NCBI GenBank assembly: GCA_001303125.1
Contig: LJNE01000001.1
Span: forward strand, 17,737 to 81,736
DNA: 64,000 bases
Direction of reading: 5' to 3'
Source: Parcubacteria bacterium DG_74_1
GTDB taxonomy: Bacteria; Patescibacteriota; Minisyncoccia; Minisyncoccales; DG-74-1
Shown: positions 26,209 through 35,234 of the stretch, one piece after another
Layout: the number at the start of each line of letters is the position of its first letter
How positions within the stretch are numbered: position 1 is the first letter of the stretch
Program-made: the position numbers and the translations under genes
Notes under the pieces: generated by a model
What the model saw: the letters and a program-made list of their open reading frames with translations, nothing else
Databases searched by the model: none
What the model was told of the DNA's origin: nothing

Positions 26209-28689
26209 CTATAGACAGGTTGCTGAGGCGACGTTGTCTCCCGTTTCCAATTTCATTATCCTTACTCCCTGAGTGGCCCGGTTCAACGTGGGGATTGATT
26301 TAATCTCAGTTCTGATAACCTGGCCTTTCTGGGAAATAACAATTAAATCTTCTTCTTCGCCAGTTAAAATTTTTGCTGCCGCTAAATTTCCGGTTTTAGG
26401 AGTGACATTAGCGGCTTTAATCCCAGACCCACCCCTCCCTTGGGTCTTGTATTCTTTAATATCCGTCCTTTTCCCGTAACCGTTTTCCGTGACTACCAAG
26501 AGATAGTTTTTATTTTCTAGTTTTTCTTTTCCGGTCCCTAGAATATCAACTGCCACTACTTCGTCTCCTTTTTTCAGTCTGATTCCCTTGATACCCGAAG
26601 CGGTTCTGCCCATTTCCCTGACTTCTTTTTCTTTAAACCTGATAGCTTGACCTCTTTTGGTTATGAGAACTATATCGTCCCGGCCACTAGTTTTCTGCAC
26701 GTTCTCAAGCGCATCTCCTTTTTTCAGCGTAATGGCAATCAATCCTGACCTCCTAATGCTTTCAAAATCTTTCAAGGGAGTTTTTTTAATTATACCATTT
26801 TTTGTTGCCATGACTAGATATTTCACTCCGTCCTCTTCGTCTCTCTTACTCAAGGTCCGCAAGCATAAAATTTTATCCTCGGAAGAAATTTCTAAAAAAT
26901 TCAAGAGTCCCCGACCCCTCGTTACTCTTTGACCTTCGGGAATTTCATAAACAGGCGTTCTGAAAACCTTTCCTGAGTCAGTAAAGAAAAGAAGGGAATC
27001 ATGAGTTTGAGCTAAAAGGAAATGCTCAACCACATCGTCTTGTAAAGTTTTCATTCCTAAAATTCCTCTACCTCCCCTCTTTTGGATTTTATAAGTTCTC
27101 GGATTAATCCTTTTAATATACCCGCCTTGAGTCAGCGTAATGATTGTCTCCTCTTGAGGAATTAAGTCCTCTTCGGCAATCTCACCAACTTTTTGGTAGT
27201 AAACCTTTGTTCTTCTGACATCGCCAAAATTTTCTTTTAAGGAAGAGAGCTCCTTTTTAATCACTTCTTTGATTTTTTGCGGACTTTTTAAAATGGCTGC
27301 CAATATTTTAATTCTGTCTCGCATTTGCTTCAATTCGTCTTCAATCTTTTTTCTTTCTAACCTAGCTAAAGCTGATAATTTCGTTTCCAAAATGGCATTA
27401 GCCTGAATTTCTGTCAACTTAAATCTTTTAATTAAATTGGTCTTAGCGTCTTCCCGGCTCTCTGATTTTTTTATAGTTTGAATAACTTCGTCAATTCTGG
27501 CAAGGCATTTATGAAGCCCTTCTAAAATATGAGTTCTTTCCTTAGCTTTTTCTAAATCAAATTTAGTTCTTCTGAAAACGATTTCTTTCCGATGGGAGAT
27601 AAAATAATTTAATAAATCAGGGAGATTTAATACCCGAGGCTGAATACCATCCACCAGGGCCAGAAGATTCAAATGAAAAGTTTTTTGCAAGTCGGAAAAC
27701 TTATAAAGCCTGTTTAAAATCTTTTGGGGATAGGCCTCTCTCTGCAAATCAATTACAATCCTCATCCCTTCTTTGTCTGATTCATCCCTAATGTCTTTAA
27801 TTCCCTCTACCCGTTTCTCTGAAACCAAATTAGCCAACTGCCCAATCAGAACTGATTTTTGGACCTGAAAAGGGATTTCAGAAATGATAATTTGTTGCCG
27901 GCCGCTTTTCTTCTGCACTATTGCTTCTGCTGTCCCACGGGTTAAAATTGGGCCCTTCCCTTGAGAATAGGCCTCGATAATCGCCTTTTGGTCAAAGATC
28001 TGGCCGGCCGTGGGAAAATCGGGACCCTTGATAAACTTAAATAAATCCTCGGTTTCGGCCTTGGGGTGATCAATTAAATAAATTAAGGCATCCGTTACTT
28101 CGGAAAGATTATGAGAAGGAATATTGGTAGCCATACCAACGGCAATCCCCAGAGAGCCGTTTAATAAAAGCTGGGGCAGCGGCGAGGGTAAAATAACAGG
28201 CTCTTTTCTTGTTCCGTCATAGTTATCGGTAAAATCAACCGTATTTTTTTCGATATCTCTAAGCATCTCCTCGCCAATTTTGGAAAGCCGCATCTCTGTA
28301 TAACGCATGGCAGCAAATTCTGAGGGATCATCAATCGAACCCATATTACCCTGGCCTTGGATCAAGGGGTATCTCAAAGAAAAATCCTGAGCCATTCTTA
28401 TTGCTGCATCATAAACCGCCTGGTCGCCATGGGGATGATAACGACCAAGACAGCTTCCTACTACGGTAGCCGATTTTCTAAACTTAGCATCATGTCTTAA
28501 CCCTTCTTCTAGCATTGTATATAAGATCCGACGGTGAACCGGCTTCAAACCGTCTCTTACATCAGGGAGGGCCCGGGAGATAATCACCGACATAGCATAA
28601 TCAATATAGCTCTCTCTCATTTCTTCAGTAATTTCCCGTGGTTTGACATGGCCAATAGAGCTATTAATTTTTTGTAGATTTTTTGGCAC
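26209..28689 (-). CDS. gyrA: DNA gyrase subunit A
   Basis: 826 aa, GTG start. The AAMRYTE active-site Tyr motif and C-terminal beta-pinwheel repeats are present. Confidence 0.95.
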   Translation of the reverse strand: MPKNLQKINSSIGHVKPREITEEMRESYIDYAMSVIISRALPDVRDGLKPVHRRILYTMLEEGLRHDAKFRKSATVVGSCLGRYHPHGDQAVYDAAIRMAQDFSLRYPLIQGQGNMGSIDDPSEFAAMRYTEMRLSKIGEEMLRDIEKNTVDFTDNYDGTRKEPVILPSPLPQLLLNGSLGIAVGMATNIPSHNLSEVTDALIYLIDHPKAETEDLFKFIKGPDFPTAGQIFDQKAIIEAYSQGKGPILTRGTAEAIVQKKSGRQQIIISEIPFQVQKSVLIGQLANLVSEKRVEGIKDIRDESDKEGMRIVIDLQREAYPQKILNRLYKFSDLQKTFHLNLLALVDGIQPRVLNLPDLLNYFISHRKEIVFRRTKFDLEKAKERTHILEGLHKCLARIDEVIQTIKKSESREDAKTNLIKRFKLTEIQANAILETKLSALARLERKKIEDELKQMRDRIKILAAILKSPQKIKEVIKKELSSLKENFGDVRRTKVYYQKVGEIAEEDLIPQEETIITLTQGGYIKRINPRTYKIQKRGGRGILGMKTLQDDVVEHFLLAQTHDSLLFFTDSGKVFRTPVYEIPEGQRVTRGRGLLNFLEISSEDKILCLRTLSKRDEEDGVKYLVMATKNGIIKKTPLKDFESIRRSGLIAITLKKGDALENVQKTSGRDDIVLITKRGQAIRFKEKEVREMGRTASGIKGIRLKKGDEVVAVDILGTGKEKLENKNYLLVVTENGYGKRTDIKEYKTQGRGGSGIKAANVTPKTGNLAAAKILTGEEEDLIVISQKGQVIRTEIKSIPTLNRATQGVRIMKLETGDNVASATCL

Positions 28690-28696
28690 TTTAAAA

Positions 28697-29350
28697 TCAG
28701 GGTTTAAGAACTACTATTTTTGCTTCTTCGGCTGAAAGATCTTTCTGTTTTATGGTTAATTTTGGCTCAGGTGTAACCGATTTTATTCCCAGTGGTTTCA
28801 AAAACTTATCTAATCCATCGAGCTTGACCTTTAGTTTAGGTAAGGCATAATACATTGGAATGGTGATCTTTGGCTCTATTTGAGCCATTATTCTCAGGGC
28901 TTCTTTGGCCGAAACGGTATCAGCGCCGCCGATAGGGACCATTAAAATATCAATATCGCCGATTTCTTCCAACTGCTCTTCGTTCAACTCTTTCTGGTTT
29001 AAATCACCCATATGGCAAAGTTTTAAATCTTCGGTTTCAATAGTGTAAATAGTGTTTTCGCTCCTCTCTTTTTCTTTTTTACTGCCAGCAAAAGAAGGGG
29101 TACCCTGTATAAAAACATTTTTCACTTCATACTCGCCTGGACCAGAAATTAAAAAAGGGCTGCCCGAAAGCGTCTTGCCCCTGTTAGGACCGTAATTACT
29201 ATGGCTTAATAGCACAATATCACCTTCTAATTTTGGAACTTTCAATCCAAGCTCTTCAGAAAAAGGATCGATGATAATTTTTATCTGACTATTTTTGGCC
29301 GGCGTGGCAATTATCTCAAAACAAGATTGCCCATGCCAAATAATGTTCAT
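28697..29350 (-). CDS. metallo-beta-lactamase-fold hydrolase (UPF0173-like)
   Basis: Start preferred at [13 protein letters not shown] (ATG 29350). HSNYGP / MGD metal-ligand context. The track ORF begins at an upstream TTG. Confidence 0.7.
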   Translation of the reverse strand: MNIIWHGQSCFEIIATPAKNSQIKIIIDPFSEELGLKVPKLEGDIVLLSHSNYGPNRGKTLSGSPFLISGPGEYEVKNVFIQGTPSFAGSKKEKERSENTIYTIETEDLKLCHMGDLNQKELNEEQLEEIGDIDILMVPIGGADTVSAKEALRIMAQIEPKITIPMYYALPKLKVKLDGLDKFLKPLGIKSVTPEPKLTIKQKDLSAEEAKIVVLKP

Positions 29351-29466
29351 ATATTTAAATTTTATCATGGCTATTGCCAAAAAACAAGAACTATTATAAA
29401 TTATAGATTAGGAAGAAGTTTCACTTTCTTTCTAGTCTTTACTTCCGTGAAGGGAGGCCCAATATT

Positions 29467-30522
29467 ATGAAAGAATTAATTGAAAGAGAAAATTTATCAA
29501 GGCCACCAAAAGTCGGGGAGATTATTGAGGGTAAAGTAGTCGCTAAAGAGTCAGGAAAATTGTTTTTAGATTTGGGACCGATTGGAACCGGAATAATTTA
29601 TGGAAAAGAATTTTACGAAGCGAGAGCCAAAATTAAAGATTTAAAAATTGGCGAGAGCCTCTTTGCTAAAGTAATCGGCTTGGAGAATGAAGAAGGCTAC
29701 ATCGAATTATCAATCAGTCAAGCAGGAATAGAGCTATCTTTTGAAGCTTTGAGACGAAAAAAAGAAGAAGGAGAAAAAATTTTAGTTAAAATCCTGGGAG
29801 CAAATAAGGGTGGCTTAATAAGCGAGGTAATGGGAATTCCGGCTTTTTTACCGGTTTCTCAACTGACACCCGAACATTATCCCCGAGTGGAAAAAGGAGA
29901 TACAGTAAAAATTCTAAGAGAGCTTCAGAAGTTTGTCGGCAAAGAGCTAGAGGCAAAAATTATAGATTTGTCTCAAAAAGGCGAGCAAATTATTTTATCG
30001 GAAAAAGCCAAAGAATCAGACAAGGTAAAAGAGATGCTAGCTAATTACAAAGTAGGTGATGTAGTTGAGGGCGAAATTACCGGTATCACCAACTTTGGCG
30101 CTTTTATGAAATTTGGCAAAGAAGAACTGGAAGGACTTATCCATATTTCAGAGCTAGACTGGAAAATCGTTGAAGACCCGACGGAAATTGTCAAAATTAG
30201 CGACAAGCTCCAAGCGAAAATCATTGATATCTCCGGAGACAAAGTTTCCCTTTCTCTAAAAGCGCTGAAAAAAGACCCCTGGTTAGACAGTGAAAAACAA
30301 TATAAAAAGGACGGAATTGTTTCGGGAAAAGTCACCAAGTTCAACCCCTTTGGTGCTTTCGTCCAAGTAAGCCCGGAAATCCAGGGGCTTTGCCATATCT
30401 CCGAATTCGGCTTAGAGAGAAGGATGAAAGAAAGATTAAAAATCGGCGAGGAATACGACTTCCAAATTTTAGAAATTAGACCCGAAGAACATCGAATGAG
30501 CTTAAAATTAGTGGAAAAATAA
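29467..30522 (+). CDS. rpsA: 30S ribosomal protein S1 (four S1 domains)
   Basis: Repeated S1 motifs (GEIIEGKV, GDVVEGEITGITNFGAF, GIVSGKVTKFNPFGAFV). SD GGGAGG lies 10 nt upstream. Confidence 0.85.
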   Translation: MKELIERENLSRPPKVGEIIEGKVVAKESGKLFLDLGPIGTGIIYGKEFYEARAKIKDLKIGESLFAKVIGLENEEGYIELSISQAGIELSFEALRRKKEEGEKILVKILGANKGGLISEVMGIPAFLPVSQLTPEHYPRVEKGDTVKILRELQKFVGKELEAKIIDLSQKGEQIILSEKAKESDKVKEMLANYKVGDVVEGEITGITNFGAFMKFGKEELEGLIHISELDWKIVEDPTEIVKISDKLQAKIIDISGDKVSLSLKALKKDPWLDSEKQYKKDGIVSGKVTKFNPFGAFVQVSPEIQGLCHISEFGLERRMKERLKIGEEYDFQILEIRPEEHRMSLKLVEK

Positions 30523-30587
30523 GAAAAGACTATCCAGACTGTTTCTCATAGAGCAATCCTGTGGTGAAAAAAATAAATTGAAGCTAA

Positions 30588-30618
30588 CGGCCCCGCAAAG
30601 GTTTTTCTTGCGGGGCCG
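30588..30618 (+). terminator. GC-rich hairpin after rpsA
   Basis: CGGCCCCGCAA-aggtttttc-TTGCGGGGCCG, an 11-bp stem. The downstream T tract is weak (TTCTAATT). Confidence 0.5.
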
Positions 30619-30627
30619 TTCTAATTC

Positions 30628-30656
30628 TTGACCCTGAAAAATTTTTCTGTTAAATT
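30628..30656 (+). promoter_or_regulatory. sigma70-like promoter abutting the ftsH start codon
   Basis: TTGACC (30628-30633), 17 nt, TAAATT (30651-30656), 6 nt, then ATG 30663. Confidence 0.5.
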
Positions 30657-30662
30657 AAATAT

Positions 30663-32567
30663 ATGAAAAGTTTGCTCAAGAATTTTATTTATATTCTGCT
30701 GATTTTTTTAGCAATTGGGTGGCTTTTTACCGTATTTGTTCAACCGGAAAAAATAGAGCAAATACCTCTTAGTCAACTGGCTCAGGAAATTAACCAAGAG
30801 AAGGTTAAAAAAATTATTGTTGAAGGAAATGAAATTTCAATTTTTTATCATGGTGACGAAGAGGCTGGGGCTAAATCAAGAAAAGAGGAAATAACAGATC
30901 TCTCCCAGTCCTTGCCCGGTTTAGGAGTCGATCCTGAAAAATTGGCTAAAGTCAGTATTGAAATAAAAGAAAAAAAAGATATTTGGGGCTGGTTGTTACC
31001 GTTGTCCTTTTTATTGCCCCTATTGCTTTTCGGCCTTTTCTTTTTTATAATTTTCCGGCAAGCCCGAGGAGGGGCTATGCAGGCCTTTGATTTTACCAAG
31101 GCCCGAGCCAGATTGTTCGGACCCGGCGGCCAATTGAAAGAGAAGGTGACTTTTGACGAAGTAGGCGGACTGAAAGAAGCCAAAGAAGAGCTAAGAGAAG
31201 TTGTTGATTTTTTAAAAAATCCCAAGAAATATTTACAAATGGGAGCTAAAATTCCCCGAGGAGTACTTTTAATGGGGCAGCCGGGAACAGGCAAAACTTT
31301 GCTGGCCAAAGCAATCGCCTCGACAGCCAACGTCCCTTTCTTCTCTATCTCAGCCTCTGAAGTGATCGAGCTATTCGTAGGAGTCGGTGCTAGTCGAATT
31401 CGAAGCTTATTTGATCAAGCAAGAAAGGCCCAAAAAGCGATCATTTTTATTGATGAAATCGACAGTATCGGAAAAGTAAGAGGAGTTGGAGTAACCGGCG
31501 GCCACGAAGAAAGAGAGCAAACCCTGAATCAGCTTCTGGCGGAAATGGATGGCATTGGTAGAGAAGAAGGAATTTTGGTTGCTGCAGCCACCAACAGACC
31601 CGAACATTTAGACCCGGCTCTTTTGCGACCGGGAAGATTTGACCGAAGAATTGTTTTGGAGTTGCCGGATATCAATGATCGGGAAGAAATTTTAAAGATT
31701 CACGCACGGGGAAAACCATTAGCTCTGAATATTAATTTAAGAGAGGTGGCTGAAAGGACGCCAGGGTTCTCCGGAGCAGACCTAGCTAATGTAGCAAACG
31801 AAGCAGCCATTTTAGCGGCCAAAAGAAACAGGCACCAGATTTTTCAGGAAGAGTTTCTAGAGTCAATTGAAAAAGTCTTGTTGGGACCGGAAAGAAAGTC
31901 GCATATCTTGTCAAAAAAAGAAAAAGAGATTGCTGCCTTTCATGAAGCAGGCCACGCTTTAGTTTCTGCTTCTTTGCCAGAAACCGAACCGATAAGAAAA
32001 ATTTCTATTGTAGCCAGAGGGCTAGCGGCTGGCTATACCTTAAAATCTCCTAAAGAAGAAAGGAAAATTAAAACCAAATCAGAGTTTTTGGCTGAAATGG
32101 CCACTTTACTTGCTGGTTTCTGTGCCGAAAGATTAAAGTTTGGAGAAATGACCACCGGGGCAGCTAATGATTTAGAAAAAGCCTCTCGATTAGCCAGAAA
32201 ATTGGTAAAAGAATACGGTATGTCACCTCTGGGACCGGTGGCTTTTGGTGAAAAAGAAGAGCTGGCTTTTCTAGGAAGAGAGCTTGGGGAATATAAGAAT
32301 TATTCTGAAAAGGTTGCGGCCTTAATTGATAAAGAAGTGGAGAAATTTATTAAAAATGCTGAAGAGACAGCGCGGAGAATTTTGATTAAAAAACGGCCCA
32401 TACTAGAGGAAATCGCCAGAAGATTAATCGAAAAAGAAACAATCGAGAGAGGGGAGTTCGAAAGTTTAATGAGAGGCAAAAAATCCCCTGCCAAAAAAAT
32501 TGAGACAAAGGGAAAGGTCTTGCCAAAAAAGCGAGAATTGCTAAAAGTAAAAATCCGGCACTTATAA
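30663..32567 (+). CDS. ftsH: ATP-dependent zinc metalloprotease FtsH
   Basis: Two N-terminal TM segments, AAA+ Walker [12 protein letters not shown] region, HEAGHAL zinc site. Confidence 0.95.
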   Translation: MKSLLKNFIYILLIFLAIGWLFTVFVQPEKIEQIPLSQLAQEINQEKVKKIIVEGNEISIFYHGDEEAGAKSRKEEITDLSQSLPGLGVDPEKLAKVSIEIKEKKDIWGWLLPLSFLLPLLLFGLFFFIIFRQARGGAMQAFDFTKARARLFGPGGQLKEKVTFDEVGGLKEAKEELREVVDFLKNPKKYLQMGAKIPRGVLLMGQPGTGKTLLAKAIASTANVPFFSISASEVIELFVGVGASRIRSLFDQARKAQKAIIFIDEIDSIGKVRGVGVTGGHEEREQTLNQLLAEMDGIGREEGILVAAATNRPEHLDPALLRPGRFDRRIVLELPDINDREEILKIHARGKPLALNINLREVAERTPGFSGADLANVANEAAILAAKRNRHQIFQEEFLESIEKVLLGPERKSHILSKKEKEIAAFHEAGHALVSASLPETEPIRKISIVARGLAAGYTLKSPKEERKIKTKSEFLAEMATLLAGFCAERLKFGEMTTGAANDLEKASRLARKLVKEYGMSPLGPVAFGEKEELAFLGRELGEYKNYSEKVAALIDKEVEKFIKNAEETARRILIKKRPILEEIARRLIEKETIERGEFESLMRGKKSPAKKIETKGKVLPKKRELLKVKIRHL

Positions 32568-32571
32568 TCTA

Positions 32572-32643
32572 GGGCATGTAGTTCAGTGGTAGAACGCTAC
32601 TCTTATAAAGTAGAAGTCCCAGGTTCAATCCCTGGCATGCCCA
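32572..32643 (+). tRNA. tRNA-Ile(UAU)
   Basis: Acceptor GGGCATG/CATGCCC, anticodon stem CTACT/AGTAG, loop CTTATAA (anticodon TAT), T-loop TTCAATC. Starts 4 nt after the ftsH stop. Confidence 0.8.
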
Positions 32644-32650
32644 TTAGAAG

Positions 32651-32723
32651 GGGCGGTTGGCGCAATGGTTAGCGCGTTCGCTTGACGTGCGAAAGGTTAT
32701 AGGTTCGAATCCTATACCGCCCA
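32651..32723 (+). tRNA. tRNA-Val(GAC)
   Basis: Acceptor GGGCGGT/ACCGCCC, anticodon stem TTCGC/GCGAA, loop TTGACGT. Confidence 0.85.
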
Positions 32724-32806
32724 CTGTACCCAGCGGCAACCCCGCTCTTTCTAATTGGGGACCACTAGGCATTTTATAAAAATCTTTTTAAAAATTATTT
32801 AACCGC

Positions 32807-32836
32807 CCACCTTAAACTCAATGAAAAGAAAGGTGG
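32807..32836 (+). promoter_or_regulatory. possible anti-SD:SD hairpin in the rplS leader
   Basis: CCACCTT (32807-32813) can pair with AAGGTGG (32830-32836), the only SD-like sequence upstream of ATG 32851. Confidence 0.35.
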
Positions 32837-32850
32837 AGCTACTACCGAGT

Positions 32851-33228
32851 ATGACAACTAAGATAGGAACGTTTTTAAAGCCCTTTTTAAAAGAGGCCCT
32901 GCCCAATATCAGGCCAGGTGATACGGTTTGTGTTTATCAAAAAATCAAAGAAGGAGACAAAGAAAAAATCCAAGCCTTTGAAGGCCAGGTTTTAGCCAGA
33001 AAGCATGGTAAGGAAATTGGAGCGACCATTACGGTTAGAAAGGAAATTTCTGGGATCGGAACGGAAAAAATTTTCCCTCTTCATTCCCCTATTATTGAAA
33101 AAATAGAAATTTTAAAAAGAGGGAAAGTAAGAAGGGCGAAACTTTATTACCTAAGAGGGGCTAAGGGAAAAGGGGCAAAGTTAAAATCGTCGGAAAAAGA
33201 AATTGGCTTGGAAGATAAAGGAAAATAA
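32851..33228 (+). CDS. rplS: 50S ribosomal protein L19
   Basis: Start preferred at [11 protein letters not shown] (ATG 32851). This places [11 protein letters not shown] at the spacing seen in known L19 proteins. Lys/Gly-rich C-terminal tail. Confidence 0.9.
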   Translation: MTTKIGTFLKPFLKEALPNIRPGDTVCVYQKIKEGDKEKIQAFEGQVLARKHGKEIGATITVRKEISGIGTEKIFPLHSPIIEKIEILKRGKVRRAKLYYLRGAKGKGAKLKSSEKEIGLEDKGK

Positions 33229-33235
33229 GTTTTTC

Positions 33236-33318
33236 GCCCAGGTGGTGGAATTGGTATACACACACGTTTGAGGGGCGTGGCTCGCAAGAGCGTGCGGGTT
33301 CAAGTCCCGCCCTGGGCA
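33236..33318 (+). tRNA. tRNA-Leu(GAG)
   Basis: Class II. Acceptor GCCCAGG/CCTGGGC, anticodon loop TTGAGGG, variable arm GCTCGCAAGAGCG. Starts 7 nt after the rplS stop. Confidence 0.85.
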
Positions 33319-33532
33319 CAATCGCTTCTGCTCGGTAGAGACTCAGTATCTGTCGAAGATTCGGAGATCCAATCTTTCTGATTTAGAAAAGGTAACGGAA
33401 ACAGAAAAACCCTTTTTCCTAACAAAAGACTAGAGGGAAATACTGCCCCACCGGCGACGACGCTCTTTTAATGAAATAAGGCTGTATGGGTACCTGGCAC
33501 AGGTGTCTAGCGTAATTCTTAACCTTTTTCAA

Positions 33533-33605
33533 GGACGATTAGCTCAATGGTTAGAGCGCCTGCTCTACACGCAGGAGGTTGGGAGTTCAAGTCTTCCATC
33601 GTCCA
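33533..33605 (+). tRNA. tRNA-Val(UAC) with C at position 33
   Basis: Acceptor GGACGAT/ATCGTCC, anticodon stem CCTGC/GCAGG, loop TCTACAC. Confidence 0.8.
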
Positions 33606-33656
33606 CAAAATAAAAAAAGGGGCAATCGTAGGCTCAAATCCTACACTACTTATATA

Positions 33657-33685
33657 TTGATTAATGACGAGTAATCAGTTAAAAT
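33657..33685 (+). promoter_or_regulatory. sigma70-like promoter for the tRNA-Phe/tRNA-Gly pair
   Basis: TTGATT, 17 nt, TAAAAT. The -10 element ends 8 nt before the mature tRNA-Phe 5' end. Confidence 0.4.
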
Positions 33686-33693
33686 TTTGATAG

Positions 33694-33765
33694 GCCGCGG
33701 TAGCTCATTGGTAGAGCATTTCTCTGAAAAAGAAAGGGTAGGTGGTTCGATCCCACTCCGCGGCA
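33694..33765 (+). tRNA. tRNA-Phe(GAA)
   Basis: Acceptor GCCGCGG/CCGCGGC, anticodon loop CTGAAAA, T-loop TTCGATC. Confidence 0.9.
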
Positions 33766-33767
33766 CT

Positions 33768-33838
33768 GCGGGATTAGTATAGTGGTAGTACGTTACCTTG
33801 CCAAGGTAAAAGCGCCAGTTCAATCCTGGTATCCCGCT
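33768..33838 (+). tRNA. tRNA-Gly(GCC)
   Basis: Acceptor GCGGGAT/ATCCCGC, anticodon loop TTGCCAA. Starts 2 nt after tRNA-Phe. Confidence 0.9.
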
Positions 33839-33849
33839 TAGACAAACGC

Positions 33850-33878
33850 TTGACAACCTCTCTTGGTTGAGATATTAT
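33850..33878 (+). promoter_or_regulatory. consensus-like promoter TTGACA-N17-TATTAT
   Basis: TTGACA (33850-33855), 17 nt, TATTAT (33873-33878). The predicted start falls at the foot of the hairpin at 33884-33903. Confidence 0.4.
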
Positions 33879-33883
33879 AGTAC

Positions 33884-33903
33884 AACCCCCTGATGGGGGT
33901 TTT
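33884..33903 (+). terminator. hairpin AACCCCC-tgat-GGGGGTT plus T-run
   Basis: Could terminate the tRNA-Phe/Gly transcript or form a 5'-terminal stem-loop of the downstream mRNA. Confidence 0.4.
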
Positions 33904-33947
33904 AAGATGCCATCAAGCAAATTGGGAGCATACCGAATCCACTAAAT

Positions 33948-34442
33948 ATGACTACAAACCTAAAATATATCTCCATTTTCCTGGCAATATTCAGCTTGCT
34001 CGGCGTTCTTAAAATCGGCTCTCCTGAGGTCGAAATTAATTCTGAGGCTATTTTTAGTCAAAACTTAGAATTTTCCCAGCTTGCTACTATCCAAGACAAC
34101 AGCCTTTTGGCAGTTTCCAACCCTTCTAATCCTGATCCAGAAGTGTCTCAGAAAATAAACGTAGTAGTTACTGCCTACTCTTCCAGTCCATGGGAAACAT
34201 GGGGGGACCCTCTTATTACAGCGGCCGGCACCGGAGTGAGAGAAGGAGTTATTGCCAATAATCTTTTACCTTTCGGGACAAAAGTGCGTCTCCCAGAAAT
34301 TTACGGAGATAAGATCTTTGTGGTCGAAGACCGAATGAACAGCCGAGTTGGTTATTATCATGTTGATATCTGGCTTCCTTCTTATCGGGACGCTCTCAAT
34401 TTCGGCTCCAAAAGAACCTATATTGAAGTATTAGAAAACTAA
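33948..34442 (+). CDS. 3D-domain (RlpA/MltA-like double-psi beta-barrel) cell-wall protein
   Basis: N-terminal signal/TM. The C-terminal VVVTAYSSSPWETWGDP...GVIANNLLPFGTKVRL...VEDRMNS...HVDIW matches the 3D-domain pattern. Confidence 0.75.
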   Translation: MTTNLKYISIFLAIFSLLGVLKIGSPEVEINSEAIFSQNLEFSQLATIQDNSLLAVSNPSNPDPEVSQKINVVVTAYSSSPWETWGDPLITAAGTGVREGVIANNLLPFGTKVRLPEIYGDKIFVVEDRMNSRVGYYHVDIWLPSYRDALNFGSKRTYIEVLEN

Positions 34443-34462
34443 ACAGTAAAATTTTCTTTTTT

Positions 34463-34500
34463 GCACCAAAAAACCACCTTTCGAGGTGGTTTTTTGGTGC
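34463..34500. terminator. perfect 16-bp bidirectional terminator hairpin
   Basis: GCACCAAAAAACCACC-tttcga-GGTGGTTTTTTGGTGC. Its right arm overlaps the encoded CCA end of tRNA-Leu(UAA). Confidence 0.75.
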
Positions 34501-34580
34501 CCGGGGAGGGAGTCGAACCCTCAAGAGCTTGCGCTCACAAGATTTTAAGTCTTGCGTGTATACCATTCCACCACCCGGGC
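34495..34580 (-). tRNA. tRNA-Leu(UAA), CCA encoded
   Basis: Class II. Acceptor GCCCGGG/CCCGGGC, anticodon loop CTTAAAA, terminal ACCA (34495-34498). Confidence 0.9.
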
Positions 34581-34586
34581 AAATTG

Positions 34587-34658
34587 AGGCCAGGGCGGGA
34601 ATTGCACCCACGTATAACTCTTTTGCAGAGAGTCGCCTTGCTACTTGGCTACCTGGCC
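34587..34658 (-). tRNA. tRNA-Cys(GCA) with atypical T-loop
   Basis: Acceptor GGCCAGG/CCTGGCC, anticodon loop CTGCAAA. The T-loop reads TGCAATT, with G where the near-universal U55 is expected. Confidence 0.8.
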
Positions 34659-34757
34659 AATTCGGCGATGTTATTCTATATTATTTTTAGCTCTTTTTCA
34701 ATTACCAAGCTCGCTAAAGGCAGTTAAAGTTAGGGAAGAATTTTTTTTATTTTCTTT

Positions 34758-34782
34758 CAATTGTTCTAAAATTTCTTCAACC
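34758..34782. repeat. degenerate echo of the rbfA 3' end (downstream copy)
   Basis: CAATTGTTCTAAAATTTCTTCAACC versus CAATCTCTCTAAAATCTCTTCAACC at 34838-34862, 21 of 25 identical. Confidence 0.6.
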
Positions 34783-34822
34783 ACTTAGTCCGGCAGTAGC
34801 GGGACGAAGAAGGAAAAGAGGC

Positions 34823-35164
34823 TCATTCATCCGACTTCAATCTCTCTAAAATCTCTTCAACCTTACCCGCTTCTCTGGTTTTTTTCTCTTCTAAAAACTT
34901 TATTCTGGGAATCGGTCTCATTTTTAGCCTTCGGTTTAATTTTTGCTGTAAAATATATATATTTCTATTTAAAATATCTAAAAATGTTTTCAATTTTTCT
35001 TCAGGCAAGGCTGAAACCCAAACATTAGTCTCCATTAAATTAGGCGAGGTCTCAACTCTGGTCACGGTCACTAAAACATTCGGGGGAAATTCAATTTCCC
35101 TTAGAAGAATCTGGCTTAATTCCCGTTTTATTAAAGCGTTGACTTGTTGAATACGTTTAGACAC
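34823..35164 (-). CDS. rbfA: ribosome-binding factor A
   Basis: 113 aa, GTG start. RIQQVNALIKRELSQIL and VTVTRVETSPNL are typical RbfA sequences. Confidence 0.9.
   Translation of the reverse strand: MSKRIQQVNALIKRELSQILLREIEFPPNVLVTVTRVETSPNLMETNVWVSALPEEKLKTFLDILNRNIYILQQKLNRRLKMRPIPRIKFLEEKKTREAGKVEEILERLKSDE
34838..34862. repeat. rbfA 3'-end segment duplicated downstream
   Basis: Encodes VEEILERLK on the minus strand. The partner copy at 34758-34782 would encode VEEILEQLK. Confidence 0.6.
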
Positions 35165-35234
35165 AACGGGGATTCAAAATGCAAAATGTAAATTTAAAAG
35201 TAACGGCGTGAAATCTAAAATTTTTAATTTTGAA

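Noticed and set aside
34465-34500. Shared 13-nt motif GG(Y)GGTTTTTTGGT at 34485-34498, 41167-41180 (minus) and 41644-41657 (minus), as a dispersed repeat family
   Set aside because: In each case it is simply the 3' arm plus U-tract of an intrinsic terminator. The similarity is explained by function and by the AT-rich flanks.
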